Part shown: piece by piece, positions 1-8,955 of the stretch
Numbering within the stretch: the first letter of the stretch is position 1
Layout: each line of letters begins with the position of its first letter
Assembly: GCA_049650165.1 (NCBI GenBank)
Contig: JBARZO010000051.1
Coordinates: 1 to 31,971, forward strand
Source of the DNA: Rubrobacteraceae bacterium
GTDB lineage: Bacteria; Actinomycetota; Rubrobacteria; Rubrobacterales; Rubrobacteraceae
Direction of reading: 5' to 3'
Length of the DNA: 31,971 nucleotides
The notes under the pieces: model-generated
Told to the model about the DNA's origin: nothing
What the model saw: the letters and a program-made list of their open reading frames with translations, nothing else
Databases searched by the model: none
Position numbers and translations under genes: made by a program

Positions 1-598
1 CGTGGATGGCGAAAAAGCGCGACAACGTGGCCGGTCCCGCAACATCGCCGCCGAGCAGGAAGTTGATCACGTACCCGCCGACGAACGGGGAGTACGAGCC
101 AATCTTCATGCCCACGACGGAGGCCCAGAAACCGTCCTGGTCCCAGCGCAGGAGGTAGCCGGTAAAGGCCAGCCCGATCACGAGCAACAGCAATATGACA
201 CCGGTGATCCAGTTCCACTCCCGCGGCGCCTTGTAGGAGCCGGAGAAGAACGTGCGGGCCATGTGCAGACCGATCACGGCCAGCAAGAAGTTAGCCGACC
301 AGTAGTGGACACCCCGGATGACGTTCCCGAAGTAGGCCTCGTTCATTATGTAGTAGACGGAGTTCCAGGCGTGGTCCGTCGTCGGCACGTAGTAGAAGAG
401 CAGCAGGATTCCGGTGAGAAACTGAAGAGATATGAGAAAGAGCGTCGCGCTTCCCAGCGTGTACAGCCAGGCGCCCCGTTTGGGGACCGGTTCGTAGAGG
501 AAGTGCTCCATTTGGGTAACTATACCGGTCCGGTCTTCCATCCAGTCGACGATGACCTTGCTGGCGGTTTCGGTTTGAGATCTAATCCTGCCGATCAT
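1..598 (-). CDS. qcrB: Cytochrome b (b/b6 N-terminal domain) of a Rieske/cytochrome b complex; 3' end runs off the window
   Basis: Not in the ORF track. Manual minus-strand translation from ATG 598 gives MIGRIRSQ...DWMEDRTG...LTGILLLFYYVP...IRGVHYWSAN...LHMARTFFSGSYKAPREWNWITG...FTGYLLRWDQ...TLSRFFAIH, with canonical cytochrome b motifs and heme-ligand histidines. Lies directly downstream of the Rieske gene. Confidence 0.95.
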   Translation of the reverse strand, partial: MIGRIRSQTETASKVIVDWMEDRTGIVTQMEHFLYEPVPKRGAWLYTLGSATLFLISLQFLTGILLLFYYVPTTDHAWNSVYYIMNEAYFGNVIRGVHYWSANFLLAVIGLHMARTFFSGSYKAPREWNWITGVILLLLVIGLAFTGYLLRWDQDGFWASVVGMKIGSYSPFVGGYVINFLLGGDVAGPATLSRFFAIH

Positions 599-627
599 AC
601 TGTTACCTCTCTAACCTCTGGTCGACC

Positions 628-1335
628 CTAAACTACGTAAGGCTCCTGCGTACTGATGCCGGGTATACCTTTCTTGATGTCGTACTCGTGCTTGACGTAG
701 AGCTTTCCGTCCTCGCGAATTTCGGTCTTCGTGTAACGGTACATGCCCCGCGGCGGCGGACCCGCCACGTAATCGCCGTTTATGTCGTAGATCCCACCGT
801 GGCACGGGCAAAGGAATTCTCCCTCACCACCCACCACGAGCCAGCGCACCGGGCAACCCAGATGGGCGCAGGAATTGGACAGCACGTTCAGGTTCTTCTT
901 GATCTCCTGGGCCTCCGATTCGGAGAACCCTTCGCTCTTCTGATCCAGGAACGAAGGCCGCTGGGCCTTGCCTTTCCCACCACCCGCGTTGTGAGGCGTG
1001 TGCCAGGAGAGCCAGATGGCGTTCTTGACCACGAAGCCCCGCTCGGACTTCTGGGCCTCCGGGAACTCTTCCTGTATTTTTCGCTCCCCGTAGACCTGGT
1101 TTATAGGGAACTCGACCTCGAAGACCTTTGGTTCGTCCTCCGGCACTTCGCTGATCGGCCCTACTTCCTGCCACTCTTCCGAAATGTCCGACTCACCGAG
1201 AAGGTTTGTCTTGATGATCGGGCTCAGGACAAAGGCCGCCGAAGGAATCGCGAGCAAGGCACCCATAACCGTGCCTACAAGGCCAAAGCCGAGGAAATCA
1301 CTGCGGGTCATGGGGTCTTTTTGTAACTCTACCAA
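628..1335 (-). CDS. qcrA: Rieske 2Fe-2S subunit of a quinol:cytochrome c reductase
   Basis: CAHLGC and CPCHGGIY boxes, GPPPR motif, N-terminal TM anchor. Start is TTG 1335 or ATG 1311. Confidence 0.93.
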   Translation of the reverse strand: MVELQKDPMTRSDFLGFGLVGTVMGALLAIPSAAFVLSPIIKTNLLGESDISEEWQEVGPISEVPEDEPKVFEVEFPINQVYGERKIQEEFPEAQKSERGFVVKNAIWLSWHTPHNAGGGKGKAQRPSFLDQKSEGFSESEAQEIKKNLNVLSNSCAHLGCPVRWLVVGGEGEFLCPCHGGIYDINGDYVAGPPPRGMYRYTKTEIREDGKLYVKHEYDIKKGIPGISTQEPYVV

Positions 1336-1376
1336 CTCTCTTTACCTCTCCTAGAAAGTCCTTGAACTATCGAACA

Positions 1377-2717
1377 TTAGCGGCCTAGGCCTTCCGGCGG
1401 CGGACCACTCTCTACTGTAAAGTCCGGCTGATTATATACCGTGAATGGAACCCTGGAGTTCGACTTCATGAAACCCATGTTGAGCGCCACGACCGCCGCC
1501 AAAACTCCCAATCCCATCAACACTACTCGGTACCCGGTTCCGGGACTGCCGTACCTGAAACGCAGCCGGCCCCGGAAATAAGTGATAAAGGCTCCCAGCG
1601 TTGCCAGGATCATCACCAACAACATTATGTAGCGCATGTACAGAAACGGGAACGCCGCGAGCGGTGAGATCGCGTACAGCCCCGCCACCGCCGCTACCAG
1701 GGTGAAGAAGCGTATCGGTATGCGACCGCCACCCTCGGGGTGCCTTACCGCCCCCAGGTACATGGCGACATTCGAAAGCACGAAAAGCCCGACCACCAAC
1801 CAGAGGTTAATGACCAGTAGGTTCGAGCTAGCGCCCTCGGTAAGCCGCTCGTATGAGCCACCCGCCGCCGCAGACGACGCCGGGTTCTCGGGCTGGGAGG
1901 TCTTGAGGGCGTACACCATCGCGAAGCCTACTAGGGGCTGGAGCATAAGGAACCCGGCGCCCCAGGTGAGCCCGACCGAGGTGGTCCAGTCAAAGAATGA
2001 CCGGTCCTCTTGAGTCTTGGAACGGATGTACATAAAGGAAGCCCACGCCGCCAGCGCGAAGGCCGGCCACGAGAGGTTGGCGAAAGTACGGTGCAGGACC
2101 ATCTCCACAAACATAGGGTTGAAGATCCCCTGCAACGCGACGCCGAAGTTGGCGACGTTGCCCTGCGTGATCTCGATGGTGTTCGGCCCACCGCCGGTGG
2201 TCATATAGGTGTCTATACCGGTCATAATTACCATCCAGAGCCAGATAAAGAATCCCATAGCGAAACCGAACATGATGTGCCGTCCCTTGTAGAGCACGCT
2301 GTAGCGGTCCCACTTGTAGTAATAGGTGTACATGCCCCAGAGGGCCAGACCCATAGAAAGCATCGCGATGGCTATAAAGTAGAAGAAGTGTGTAAAGAGC
2401 GAAGTGGTCACCTGAGGATAGAGCCCTATCAGAAGCACCACGAACAGCACCGCGAATGTTGCCCCGGTGCTGAAAGTCAAAACGTTGAAGCGCGCCAGAG
2501 AGTGAGCCAGGCGGTCCATCCGCGGGCTGCCGGTTCGGGCGCCCCAGGCTTGCAGCACCGGGGCCGCCAGCGCAAAGCCCACGAAAAGTTCCGCCCAAAA
2601 CATGTGGACCAGCATCGAGAAGCCCGTAAAGAACCTGGCCCCGCCCACCTCGGACATGGCGTCAGAGAGATCTATCTGGGCCAGAAGATGAAGCCCCGTC
2701 AAACTGATCGTACCCAA
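1377..2717 (-). CDS. Cytochrome bd oxidase subunit I (CydA)-like polytopic membrane protein, divergent
   Basis: About 9-10 hydrophobic helices. LVHMFWAELFVG resembles CydA helix 1 with its His, FNPMF...HRTFANL resembles the b558 His helix, and C-terminal MGFMKSNSRVPFTVY resembles GRQPW. TTG start with AGGAGG RBS. Confidence 0.75.
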   Translation of the reverse strand: MGTISLTGLHLLAQIDLSDAMSEVGGARFFTGFSMLVHMFWAELFVGFALAAPVLQAWGARTGSPRMDRLAHSLARFNVLTFSTGATFAVLFVVLLIGLYPQVTTSLFTHFFYFIAIAMLSMGLALWGMYTYYYKWDRYSVLYKGRHIMFGFAMGFFIWLWMVIMTGIDTYMTTGGGPNTIEITQGNVANFGVALQGIFNPMFVEMVLHRTFANLSWPAFALAAWASFMYIRSKTQEDRSFFDWTTSVGLTWGAGFLMLQPLVGFAMVYALKTSQPENPASSAAAGGSYERLTEGASSNLLVINLWLVVGLFVLSNVAMYLGAVRHPEGGGRIPIRFFTLVAAVAGLYAISPLAAFPFLYMRYIMLLVMILATLGAFITYFRGRLRFRYGSPGTGYRVVLMGLGVLAAVVALNMGFMKSNSRVPFTVYNQPDFTVESGPPPEGLGR

Positions 2718-2731
2718 GTTCTACACCCCTC

Positions 2732-3409
2732 CTAAGCGCTACCGGTGCGGTCCAGGACTGACTCTCCCCCGGAACCTCCGTCCGTCCCGTCCTCCAGGTT
2801 TCTGGAACCCGCCCGGTACAGGATAGCCTGATGTATGGCCCGAGGCTCCAGCCTCTCGTCAACGATATAGTAGGTCGCTCCACCATTTTGCAGCGCCTCC
2901 CGGATCGGGCGCAAGAGGCGCCGATCACGGGTGTTGGCGAAGACCAAGACCCTACCCAACTCGAACTGGTCGTTCCAGGACTCGGATTCTTCCCGCGGAG
3001 CTTCCATATCGGTGAGGATCGGGGTGACCCCGACCCGCGTGAGAGATCCCGCAAACAGTATCGCCGCCAGCGACACGAAGACCACAAGTGATGGAATCCC
3101 GATGCCGGGCGTCGTGATGGCGAAAAAGATCCCGAAGATGATAAAAGCTATGGCGAATCCTATGGGTACTTCCAAACCGCGACGATCGTCCGGAATCACG
3201 ATGTACCGCGTTCCGTCCGGAAATGGTTCCGGCTCGCCGGGGTTCCGACGCTTGAGTACCACGGTAAGGTCGTTTGTCCCGACACCTAGCTCGCGTATTT
3301 CGGCCACAGCCTGGTTTAGCTCCTGGCCGTCATCTATCACCCCGATCACCGTGTATTCAGATACCTGTTCCGGTAATCCCCGGTCTTTTCCCAAACTCGC
3401 TACCTCCAT
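2732..3409 (-). CDS. Membrane protein with central TM hairpin, resembling DUF3341/ActD or YflT-like proteins
   Basis: VIGVIDD...AV.EIRELG N-terminus, EPFPDG, two TM helices, GRVLVFA...LQNGGA C-terminus. First gene of the respiratory operon, 14 nt from the next gene. Confidence 0.55.
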   Translation of the reverse strand: MEVASLGKDRGLPEQVSEYTVIGVIDDGQELNQAVAEIRELGVGTNDLTVVLKRRNPGEPEPFPDGTRYIVIPDDRRGLEVPIGFAIAFIIFGIFFAITTPGIGIPSLVVFVSLAAILFAGSLTRVGVTPILTDMEAPREESESWNDQFELGRVLVFANTRDRRLLRPIREALQNGGATYYIVDERLEPRAIHQAILYRAGSRNLEDGTDGGSGGESVLDRTGSA

Positions 3410-3603
3410 AGAGGACGTAAAGTTGCGGAGCCTCTTTTTCGTCCGGCACTCCTATGCCGCACCACAGCATACATGTTCCTGGTATTTGATACCAGACTCA
3501 GATACAAACGCTCAGGTATCTCTTTCACAACATGCTGCAGAAACGAGTCCAACTTGTGAAAGCCTCCCCTCGGCTCTCCGACGATTCGGATAAGATACTG
3601 TAC

Positions 3604-4278
3604 ATGGATACTCGTAACAGAGAAAGGCTCTCGGGCCCCGATGTCTACGACGACGGGCAATACGAAGAACCAGGGCTCGGAGCCTGGCTAAAGCGCAACC
3701 CGTGGTTGTTGCTGCGCCTGTTCATGGTCATGGTATTTACCTTCGGGGCCTCCACGGTCGCGACGAACTTCACCTACGGCTTGCAATGGAACCCGGTCGA
3801 GTTGAGCGTAGAGGAGATCAACGACGGTCGGCTACCGGCGGGACTGGAGATCGGAGACTACGTAGAGATATACGGCACCCCCGATATCCCGGACGACCTG
3901 AGAAAGGAAGACGTTGGTAGACCAGGCTCTAAGGTCGGCTCGGTCTCCAGATACAGTACCGGATACTACTACTACCAGTTGGAAGAGACAAACGACAACC
4001 TGCTCCTCCAAAGCATTGAAAGCATACCGCGTCCCGATACGGAAGAGGCTATTTTGCAAGGCAAGCTCTCTAACGTGGGCACCGTCATCTTCCACGACGC
4101 GACACAGGAAGGTCTCAATTCCACCAATCTCCCCCATAAGGAAAGCACCCCGGTTATAGAGACCGGCGACACGCCGGAATACTACCGTCAGATCTTCCCG
4201 GCCTACGCAACGATAATCGGCCTGGGAGTTCTCTCCGTAGCCTGGCTCGTCTGGAAAAAGAACAAACCATTCGCCTGA
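3604..4278 (+). CDS. Hypothetical membrane protein (N- and C-terminal TM helices around an extracytoplasmic domain)
   Basis: ORF 3532..4278. ATG 3604 preferred because TAAGAT (3591-3596) lies 7 nt upstream, a leaderless pattern. Confidence 0.7.
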   Translation: MDTRNRERLSGPDVYDDGQYEEPGLGAWLKRNPWLLLRLFMVMVFTFGASTVATNFTYGLQWNPVELSVEEINDGRLPAGLEIGDYVEIYGTPDIPDDLRKEDVGRPGSKVGSVSRYSTGYYYYQLEETNDNLLLQSIESIPRPDTEEAILQGKLSNVGTVIFHDATQEGLNSTNLPHKESTPVIETGDTPEYYRQIFPAYATIIGLGVLSVAWLVWKKNKPFA

Positions 4279-4363
4279 CAAGCCTACAAGCAAGTCGAGC
4301 TTCACAGCGATAACGGGTTCACGACGAATAATGAGTAATCGCCGGTATACTCAGGTTTAGGTC

Positions 4364-5398
4364 ATGGAAACTTCCAGAGAAGACATACCGATCTCCGAAA
4401 AGGATCGCGAAGAGACAGTTGTTCCCGCCGTCATAGAGACTAGCGGGCTCACGAAGATTTACGGGCGGGTGACGGCGCTAAAGGATCTGGAACTCCGCGT
4501 AGAAGAGAACTCCATCTTCGGCTTTCTGGGTCCCAACGGCGCGGGCAAGACCACGGCGATGAAGTTGCTTTTAGGACTTTCTCACCCGACTTCCGGCTCC
4601 GGCACGGTCTTCGGCAAAAATATCGTCACCGAGAACTTCGGGATCCGGCGCCGGGTAGGCTACCTCGCCCAGGACCCGCGCTACTACGGACACATGACGG
4701 CGCGCGAGACGCTGCGCTTCGCGGCGCGTTTTTTCTACTCCGGCCCGGAGCCCGCAATCGAGCGCCGCGTCGAGGACTCTCTCGGGCTCGTCGCTCTCTC
4801 GGACCGGGCGGACCGCAGAATTCGTGGCTTCTCCGGCGGCGAGCGCCAGCGGCTCGGCTTAGCCCAGGCCCAAATCAACGACCCGGAGCTACTCATTCTG
4901 GACGAACCCGCCGCCTCTCTGGACCCGATGGGCCGCCGCGACGTGCTCGATATCATGGAACGCCTACGCGATGAACGGGGCACGACGATCTTCTACTCCA
5001 CACACATCCTGGACGATGTCCAGCGTGTCTCTGACTCGGTGGCGATTCTTCAAAACGGTCATCTTCTAGCCCACGCCCCGATAGACGAACTGCTACTCGT
5101 CGAGGGCGCCGGCGTCGCCGTCTACGAGATCGCCTTGCGGAGCGACTCCGAAAGCACCCTGGAGAAAACCCGCGAGAAACTCCGGTCACAAAGCTGGATC
5201 TCATCGCTAGAAGAAACTTCGGGACAAAGCCACGAGACGACCTGGCTCGTAAAGACGACCGATGAGTCGGCGGCCGAGGAAAATCTATTGCGGCTGGTCC
5301 TCGAGGAACGCGGCATAAAAGTCGCTGACTTCGGGCGTAAAAGACAGAGTCTCGAAGAGGCGTTCTTCGACCTGATCGAGAAAGGCAACGTTCATTGA
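4364..5398 (+). CDS. ABC transporter ATP-binding protein (ABC-2/exporter type)
   Basis: Walker A GPNGAGKTT, signature FSGGERQR, Walker B LILDEP, H-loop STH. Confidence 0.95.
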   Translation: METSREDIPISEKDREETVVPAVIETSGLTKIYGRVTALKDLELRVEENSIFGFLGPNGAGKTTAMKLLLGLSHPTSGSGTVFGKNIVTENFGIRRRVGYLAQDPRYYGHMTARETLRFAARFFYSGPEPAIERRVEDSLGLVALSDRADRRIRGFSGGERQRLGLAQAQINDPELLILDEPAASLDPMGRRDVLDIMERLRDERGTTIFYSTHILDDVQRVSDSVAILQNGHLLAHAPIDELLLVEGAGVAVYEIALRSDSESTLEKTREKLRSQSWISSLEETSGQSHETTWLVKTTDESAAEENLLRLVLEERGIKVADFGRKRQSLEEAFFDLIEKGNVH

Positions 5399-6222
5399 AG
5401 CCTGGAGCGACTACCAAAAAGGAACCGCGGGACCTCGAAGAGCGGGACGTTCTAGAACCGGCGAAAGGTAGCCTCAACGGCTTCCGAAACCTGCTAGGCA
5501 AAGAGAATGGCGAGTGGACGAGAGGTTTATCGCTCGTGGCCCACCTGGCGATCTGGATGCTCATAGTCGCCCTCGTCTCCGTGGCCGTAGCTTTCTTCCG
5601 GGGTGAGGCACCGAACCAGTCTCCCAAACAGATAAACGACGCCGGAGCCCTGATGTTTTTCGTCCTCGGGACGGTTTCCTCCGTTATCGCCGTTGTCGCC
5701 AAGACTCAAGGTGCGATCATCGGCGAGAAACAGCGCGGTACCGCCGCGTGGGTTCTCTCGAAGCCGGCTTCCCGCCGAGCGTTCGTCCTCGCAAAGCTGG
5801 CCGTCCACTTCCGCTGGCTGCTCACGGTTACGCTGCTCATGCCGGCGGTCGTGTTCTACGTCCTTCTAACCGCCGTCTCAACAGCCCCACCACCACCGTT
5901 GGCGTTTATCGGAGGGGTCGGAATTCTTTCCCTGGGACTTCTTTTCTATCTCTCACTCTCGTTGCTGCTCGGCACCGTCTTCGAGAGTCGCGGGGCGCTG
6001 GCCGGTTGCGTTTTCGGGTTCATGATCACCGGGTTCTTGCTCGCCAATTACGCCACCTGGCTGACGGCCGGTTTTCCTTGGCTCTTCTTCCAGTCCGGGT
6101 ATAACCTCCTCAAGCACGGCTCAATACCCCTATACGGACTGGTCGCCATCCCGGCGACCGCGCTCTGGATCCTCTTGTTCGTCTTCCTGGCCCTTCGCCG
6201 CTTCGAACGCGCCGAACTCTAG
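5395..6222 (+). CDS. ABC-2 type transporter permease
   Basis: Six TM segments and GEKQRGTAAWVLSKPASR motif; TTGA overlap with the ATPase gene. Confidence 0.9.
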   Translation: MKPGATTKKEPRDLEERDVLEPAKGSLNGFRNLLGKENGEWTRGLSLVAHLAIWMLIVALVSVAVAFFRGEAPNQSPKQINDAGALMFFVLGTVSSVIAVVAKTQGAIIGEKQRGTAAWVLSKPASRRAFVLAKLAVHFRWLLTVTLLMPAVVFYVLLTAVSTAPPPPLAFIGGVGILSLGLLFYLSLSLLLGTVFESRGALAGCVFGFMITGFLLANYATWLTAGFPWLFFQSGYNLLKHGSIPLYGLVAIPATALWILLFVFLALRRFERAEL

Positions 6223-6262
6223 CGGACGAACCCCACCCTCCGGCCCCCGACCGGCCGCATTT

Positions 6263-6291
6263 TTGATTCACGCGCCCGTTGTTGCTATATT
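6263..6291 (+). promoter_or_regulatory. Putative sigma70-type promoter of the NCS2 permease
   Basis: TTGATT-N17-TATATT with TGn extended -10. Confidence 0.6.
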
Positions 6292-6341
6292 TCTCCCGCA
6301 CATAGCACGGCGTCGGGTCACCATTAGAGGGGGGTAAGACT

Positions 6342-7709
6342 TTGGGCAGCTTTTTCCGGTTCTCCGAACGGGGCACCAACTTTCGGACCGAGATGATCGC
6401 CGGTCTCACAACCTTTATGACGATGGCCTACATTATCTTCGTCAACCCGGCGATACTGGGCACCGAGGGTACGGGGCTTACGATACCGGGCGTATTCTTC
6501 GCCACCTGCGTGGCCGCAGCGGCGGCCTGCATCGCGATGGGCCTCTTTGCGAACTTCCCGGTCGCCCTGGCCTCCGGGCTCGGCCTGAACGCCATCGTGG
6601 CCTTTACCTTGATACTCGGTCTTGGCCTTTCCTGGCAAGAAGCGATGGCGGTCGTGGTGGTCGAGGGTGTCCTGATCACCATCCTGGTGCTCACGAACCT
6701 GCGCGAGGCGGTCTTGAACGCTATTCCGATGTCGCTCAAGTTCGCCATAGCTGTCGGCATCGGTTTGTTTATAGCGTTTATCGGCTTGAAGAATGGCGGC
6801 ATTGTGGTCCAGGACCCTACAACCTACCTGACCCTCGGCGACTTTACCCAAGGTCCGGTGCTACTCGCCGTCTTCGGGCTCATCTTGACCCTCGCGCTCG
6901 TGGCGCGTCAGATAAAAGGCGGCATCCTCGCCGGCATTTTCCTTACGGGGGTAATCGGTATGATCTTCGGCGTCATACCGCCACCGGAGGCCATCGTGGA
7001 CTTCCAATTCGACACCTCGACAATCGGCGGTGGAGTTCTGGCCGTGCCGCAGATACTGAAGCTCTCGCTGATACCGGTGATCTTCGCACTCTTCATGACC
7101 GACTTCTTCGACACGATGGGCACGATCATCGCCGTCGGGCAAGAGGGCGATATGCTGGACGAACAAGGCCGTCCGCCTCAAACAAAGCGCATCTTGCTCG
7201 TAGACTCCGTGGCCGCCGCCGGTGGCGGGGCCATGGGCGCTAGTTCCGTGACCAGTTATGTAGAGAGTGGGTCGGGAGTTGCCGAGGGCGGTCGTACGGG
7301 CCTCACCAGCGTAGTGGTCGGCTTGCTTTTTCTTCTGGCTCTGCCTTTTGCCCCGTTGGTAGCAGTGTTCGGTGGTTCGATCCCAATTCCCGGGCCGGAG
7401 GAAGGGCAGCAGATCCTCGTCTCCCCCGTAACGGCCCCGGCGCTCGTGGTAGTCGGATATCTGATGATTACCGCCGTCCGTTTTATACCCTGGGATCAGG
7501 TAGACGACGCCATCCCCGCTTTCCTAACCATCCTTACGCTGCCGCTGACCTTCAACATCTCATACGGCATAGGGTTCGGTTTCATCTCTTACGTGTTGAT
7601 AAAGCTGGTCCGGGGCAAGCCCGGAGAAGTTCATCCTCTACTCTACGGGGCCGCAGTCCTCTTTGCCCTGGCTTTCGTCTGGCCCGCCCTGCAAAGCCTA
7701 CTCTCCTGA
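6342..7709 (+). CDS. NCS2 family (AzgA/PbuG-like) guanine/hypoxanthine permease
   Basis: EMIAGLTTFMTMAYIIFVNP, DFFDTMGT and YVESGSGVAEGGRTGL motifs; about 12-13 TM segments. Confidence 0.93.
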   Translation: MGSFFRFSERGTNFRTEMIAGLTTFMTMAYIIFVNPAILGTEGTGLTIPGVFFATCVAAAAACIAMGLFANFPVALASGLGLNAIVAFTLILGLGLSWQEAMAVVVVEGVLITILVLTNLREAVLNAIPMSLKFAIAVGIGLFIAFIGLKNGGIVVQDPTTYLTLGDFTQGPVLLAVFGLILTLALVARQIKGGILAGIFLTGVIGMIFGVIPPPEAIVDFQFDTSTIGGGVLAVPQILKLSLIPVIFALFMTDFFDTMGTIIAVGQEGDMLDEQGRPPQTKRILLVDSVAAAGGGAMGASSVTSYVESGSGVAEGGRTGLTSVVVGLLFLLALPFAPLVAVFGGSIPIPGPEEGQQILVSPVTAPALVVVGYLMITAVRFIPWDQVDDAIPAFLTILTLPLTFNISYGIGFGFISYVLIKLVRGKPGEVHPLLYGAAVLFALAFVWPALQSLLS

Positions 7710-7718
7710 CGCACGGAA

Positions 7719-7745
7719 GGTTTATCAACCCCTTTGGTGGGGTAT
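7719..7745 (+). promoter_or_regulatory. SigB/SigF-type general-stress promoter
   Basis: GGTTT-N16-GGGTAT matches the actinobacterial SigF / Bacillus SigB consensus; upstream of the GlsB-Asp23 operon. Confidence 0.7.
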
Positions 7746-7847
7746 CGACCCCTAGTAGTAGCGCGACGTGTGAAACCTATTATATATTTGACGGTGGTAT
7801 TAAAGATATTGTCCGTCACGTACTGTAATAGGGGGAGGTGAGTAGCG

Positions 7848-8111
7848 ATAGGTATAACGGCCATAATCACCTGGATAGTAATCGGAGCCATAGCCGGAGT
7901 TCTGGCTAAGTGGGTCATGCCGGGTCCGGACCCGGGCGGGTGCATAGTTACCGTCCTTATCGGGATAGCCGGTGCTTTTATTGGCGGGTTCATAATGCAG
8001 AACGTCTTTGGCTTCAGCGGGGGCGGATTTATATGGACCATCTTAGTGGCAACCCTGGGAGCGATCATACTGTTGGCTGTATACCGGTTGATCACACGTC
8101 GAGCAGCGTAA
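7848..8111 (+). CDS. GlsB/YeaQ/YmgE family stress-response membrane protein (probable ATA start)
   Basis: (M)GITAIITWIVIGAIAGVLAKWVMPGPDPGGCIVTVLIGIAGAFIGG...ATLGAIILLAVYRLI is the family pattern. GGAGGTG RBS is 7 nt before ATA 7848; in-frame TGA at 7839. Confidence 0.9.
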   Translation: MGITAIITWIVIGAIAGVLAKWVMPGPDPGGCIVTVLIGIAGAFIGGFIMQNVFGFSGGGFIWTILVATLGAIILLAVYRLITRRAA

Positions 8112-8169
8112 TCGCGTAAGATAGACGCCAAGCAAGCGGCACCAAAGCCGCACAACGAAAGGAGTACAC

Positions 8170-8625
8170 GTGAGTGAACAGGGAAGCCAGCAAAAAGGTG
8201 GCAAAGGCCAGAAGAGTGGCGGCGACAGCCCCCTCAAGACGGACCGCGGCCAGACCAGCATCCAGGACGGCGTAGTCGCCAAGGTTGCCGGCATAGCGGC
8301 CCAAGAAGTCGAGGGCATCCGGATGGGCGGCGGCGGCTCGCAGGCGGCCGGCAGCATCATGAGCAGCCTCACCGGCGGCAGTGGCGGCGGCGGCCAGACC
8401 CGCGGCGTAGCTGTTGAAGTAGGCGAAGAAGAAGCGGCCGTGGACCTCACGATGACCGCTGAGTACGGCAAGTCCATACCCCAGCTCTCCGAAGCCGTGC
8501 GCCGGAACGTGGTGAACCGGATAGAGAACCTGGTAGGCCTGAGCGTCACCGAGGTCAACATAACGGTGAGCAACATCTTCTTCCCGCAAGAGGAGCAAGA
8601 CCAGCAGCAGATAGAAGGCGAGTAA
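8170..8625 (+). CDS. Asp23/Gls24 family envelope stress protein
   Basis: G.TSIQDGVVAKVAGIAAQEVEGI...GVAVEVGEEEAAVDL...EYG...VTEVNITV. Confidence 0.95.
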   Translation: MSEQGSQQKGGKGQKSGGDSPLKTDRGQTSIQDGVVAKVAGIAAQEVEGIRMGGGGSQAAGSIMSSLTGGSGGGGQTRGVAVEVGEEEAAVDLTMTAEYGKSIPQLSEAVRRNVVNRIENLVGLSVTEVNITVSNIFFPQEEQDQQQIEGE

Positions 8626-8661
8626 CATCACCTCGACAGTTCCTAGCGCAAGGTAGATAGA

Positions 8662-8955
8662 TTGGCAGATAACTTACAGCTTGCGAGGGCCGCCCACGAG
8701 GCGGCCCTCGCCACAAAAGGTGTTCACAGGCTAGGCACCGGGCGCTTCGTGGAAGCAGCAACCTACGGCGCCGGTGAAAAGATAAGCGGCGTGGTCGTTA
8801 CGCCCGAAAGAGTCCAGGTTCACATAGTGGCTACATATCCGCTAGACAAACCGGTCATGGAGCTAGCACAAAATGTCCGGGAAAGCGTTACCCCCAAAGT
8901 AGAGGGCCGGGAGACCGACGTTGTCGTCGAAGACATCGAGGTGGTCGAAGAATGA
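8662..8955 (+). CDS. Small Asp23-like protein
   Basis: GVHRL...ATY..G..I.GV.V....V.VHIVA...VVVEDI pattern; operon context. Confidence 0.7.
   Translation: MADNLQLARAAHEAALATKGVHRLGTGRFVEAATYGAGEKISGVVVTPERVQVHIVATYPLDKPVMELAQNVRESVTPKVEGRETDVVVEDIEVVEE

Noticed and set aside
2..631. 209-aa plus-strand ORF and the other long antisense ORFs (e.g. 688-1326, 2010-2735, 16411-17370, 30785-31789)
   Set aside because: They are shadows of well-supported genes on the opposite strand in GC-rich DNA and carry no recognisable motifs.
3513..3571. Rex operator upstream of the respiratory operon
   Set aside because: TTGTGAA and TTCACAA half-sites are present but in reversed order and 23 nt apart, not TTGTGAA-N4-TTCACAA.
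6223..6341. Purine riboswitch upstream of the NCS2 permease
   Set aside because: No purine aptamer core is recognisable, and the predicted promoter leaves a leader of only about 45 nt.
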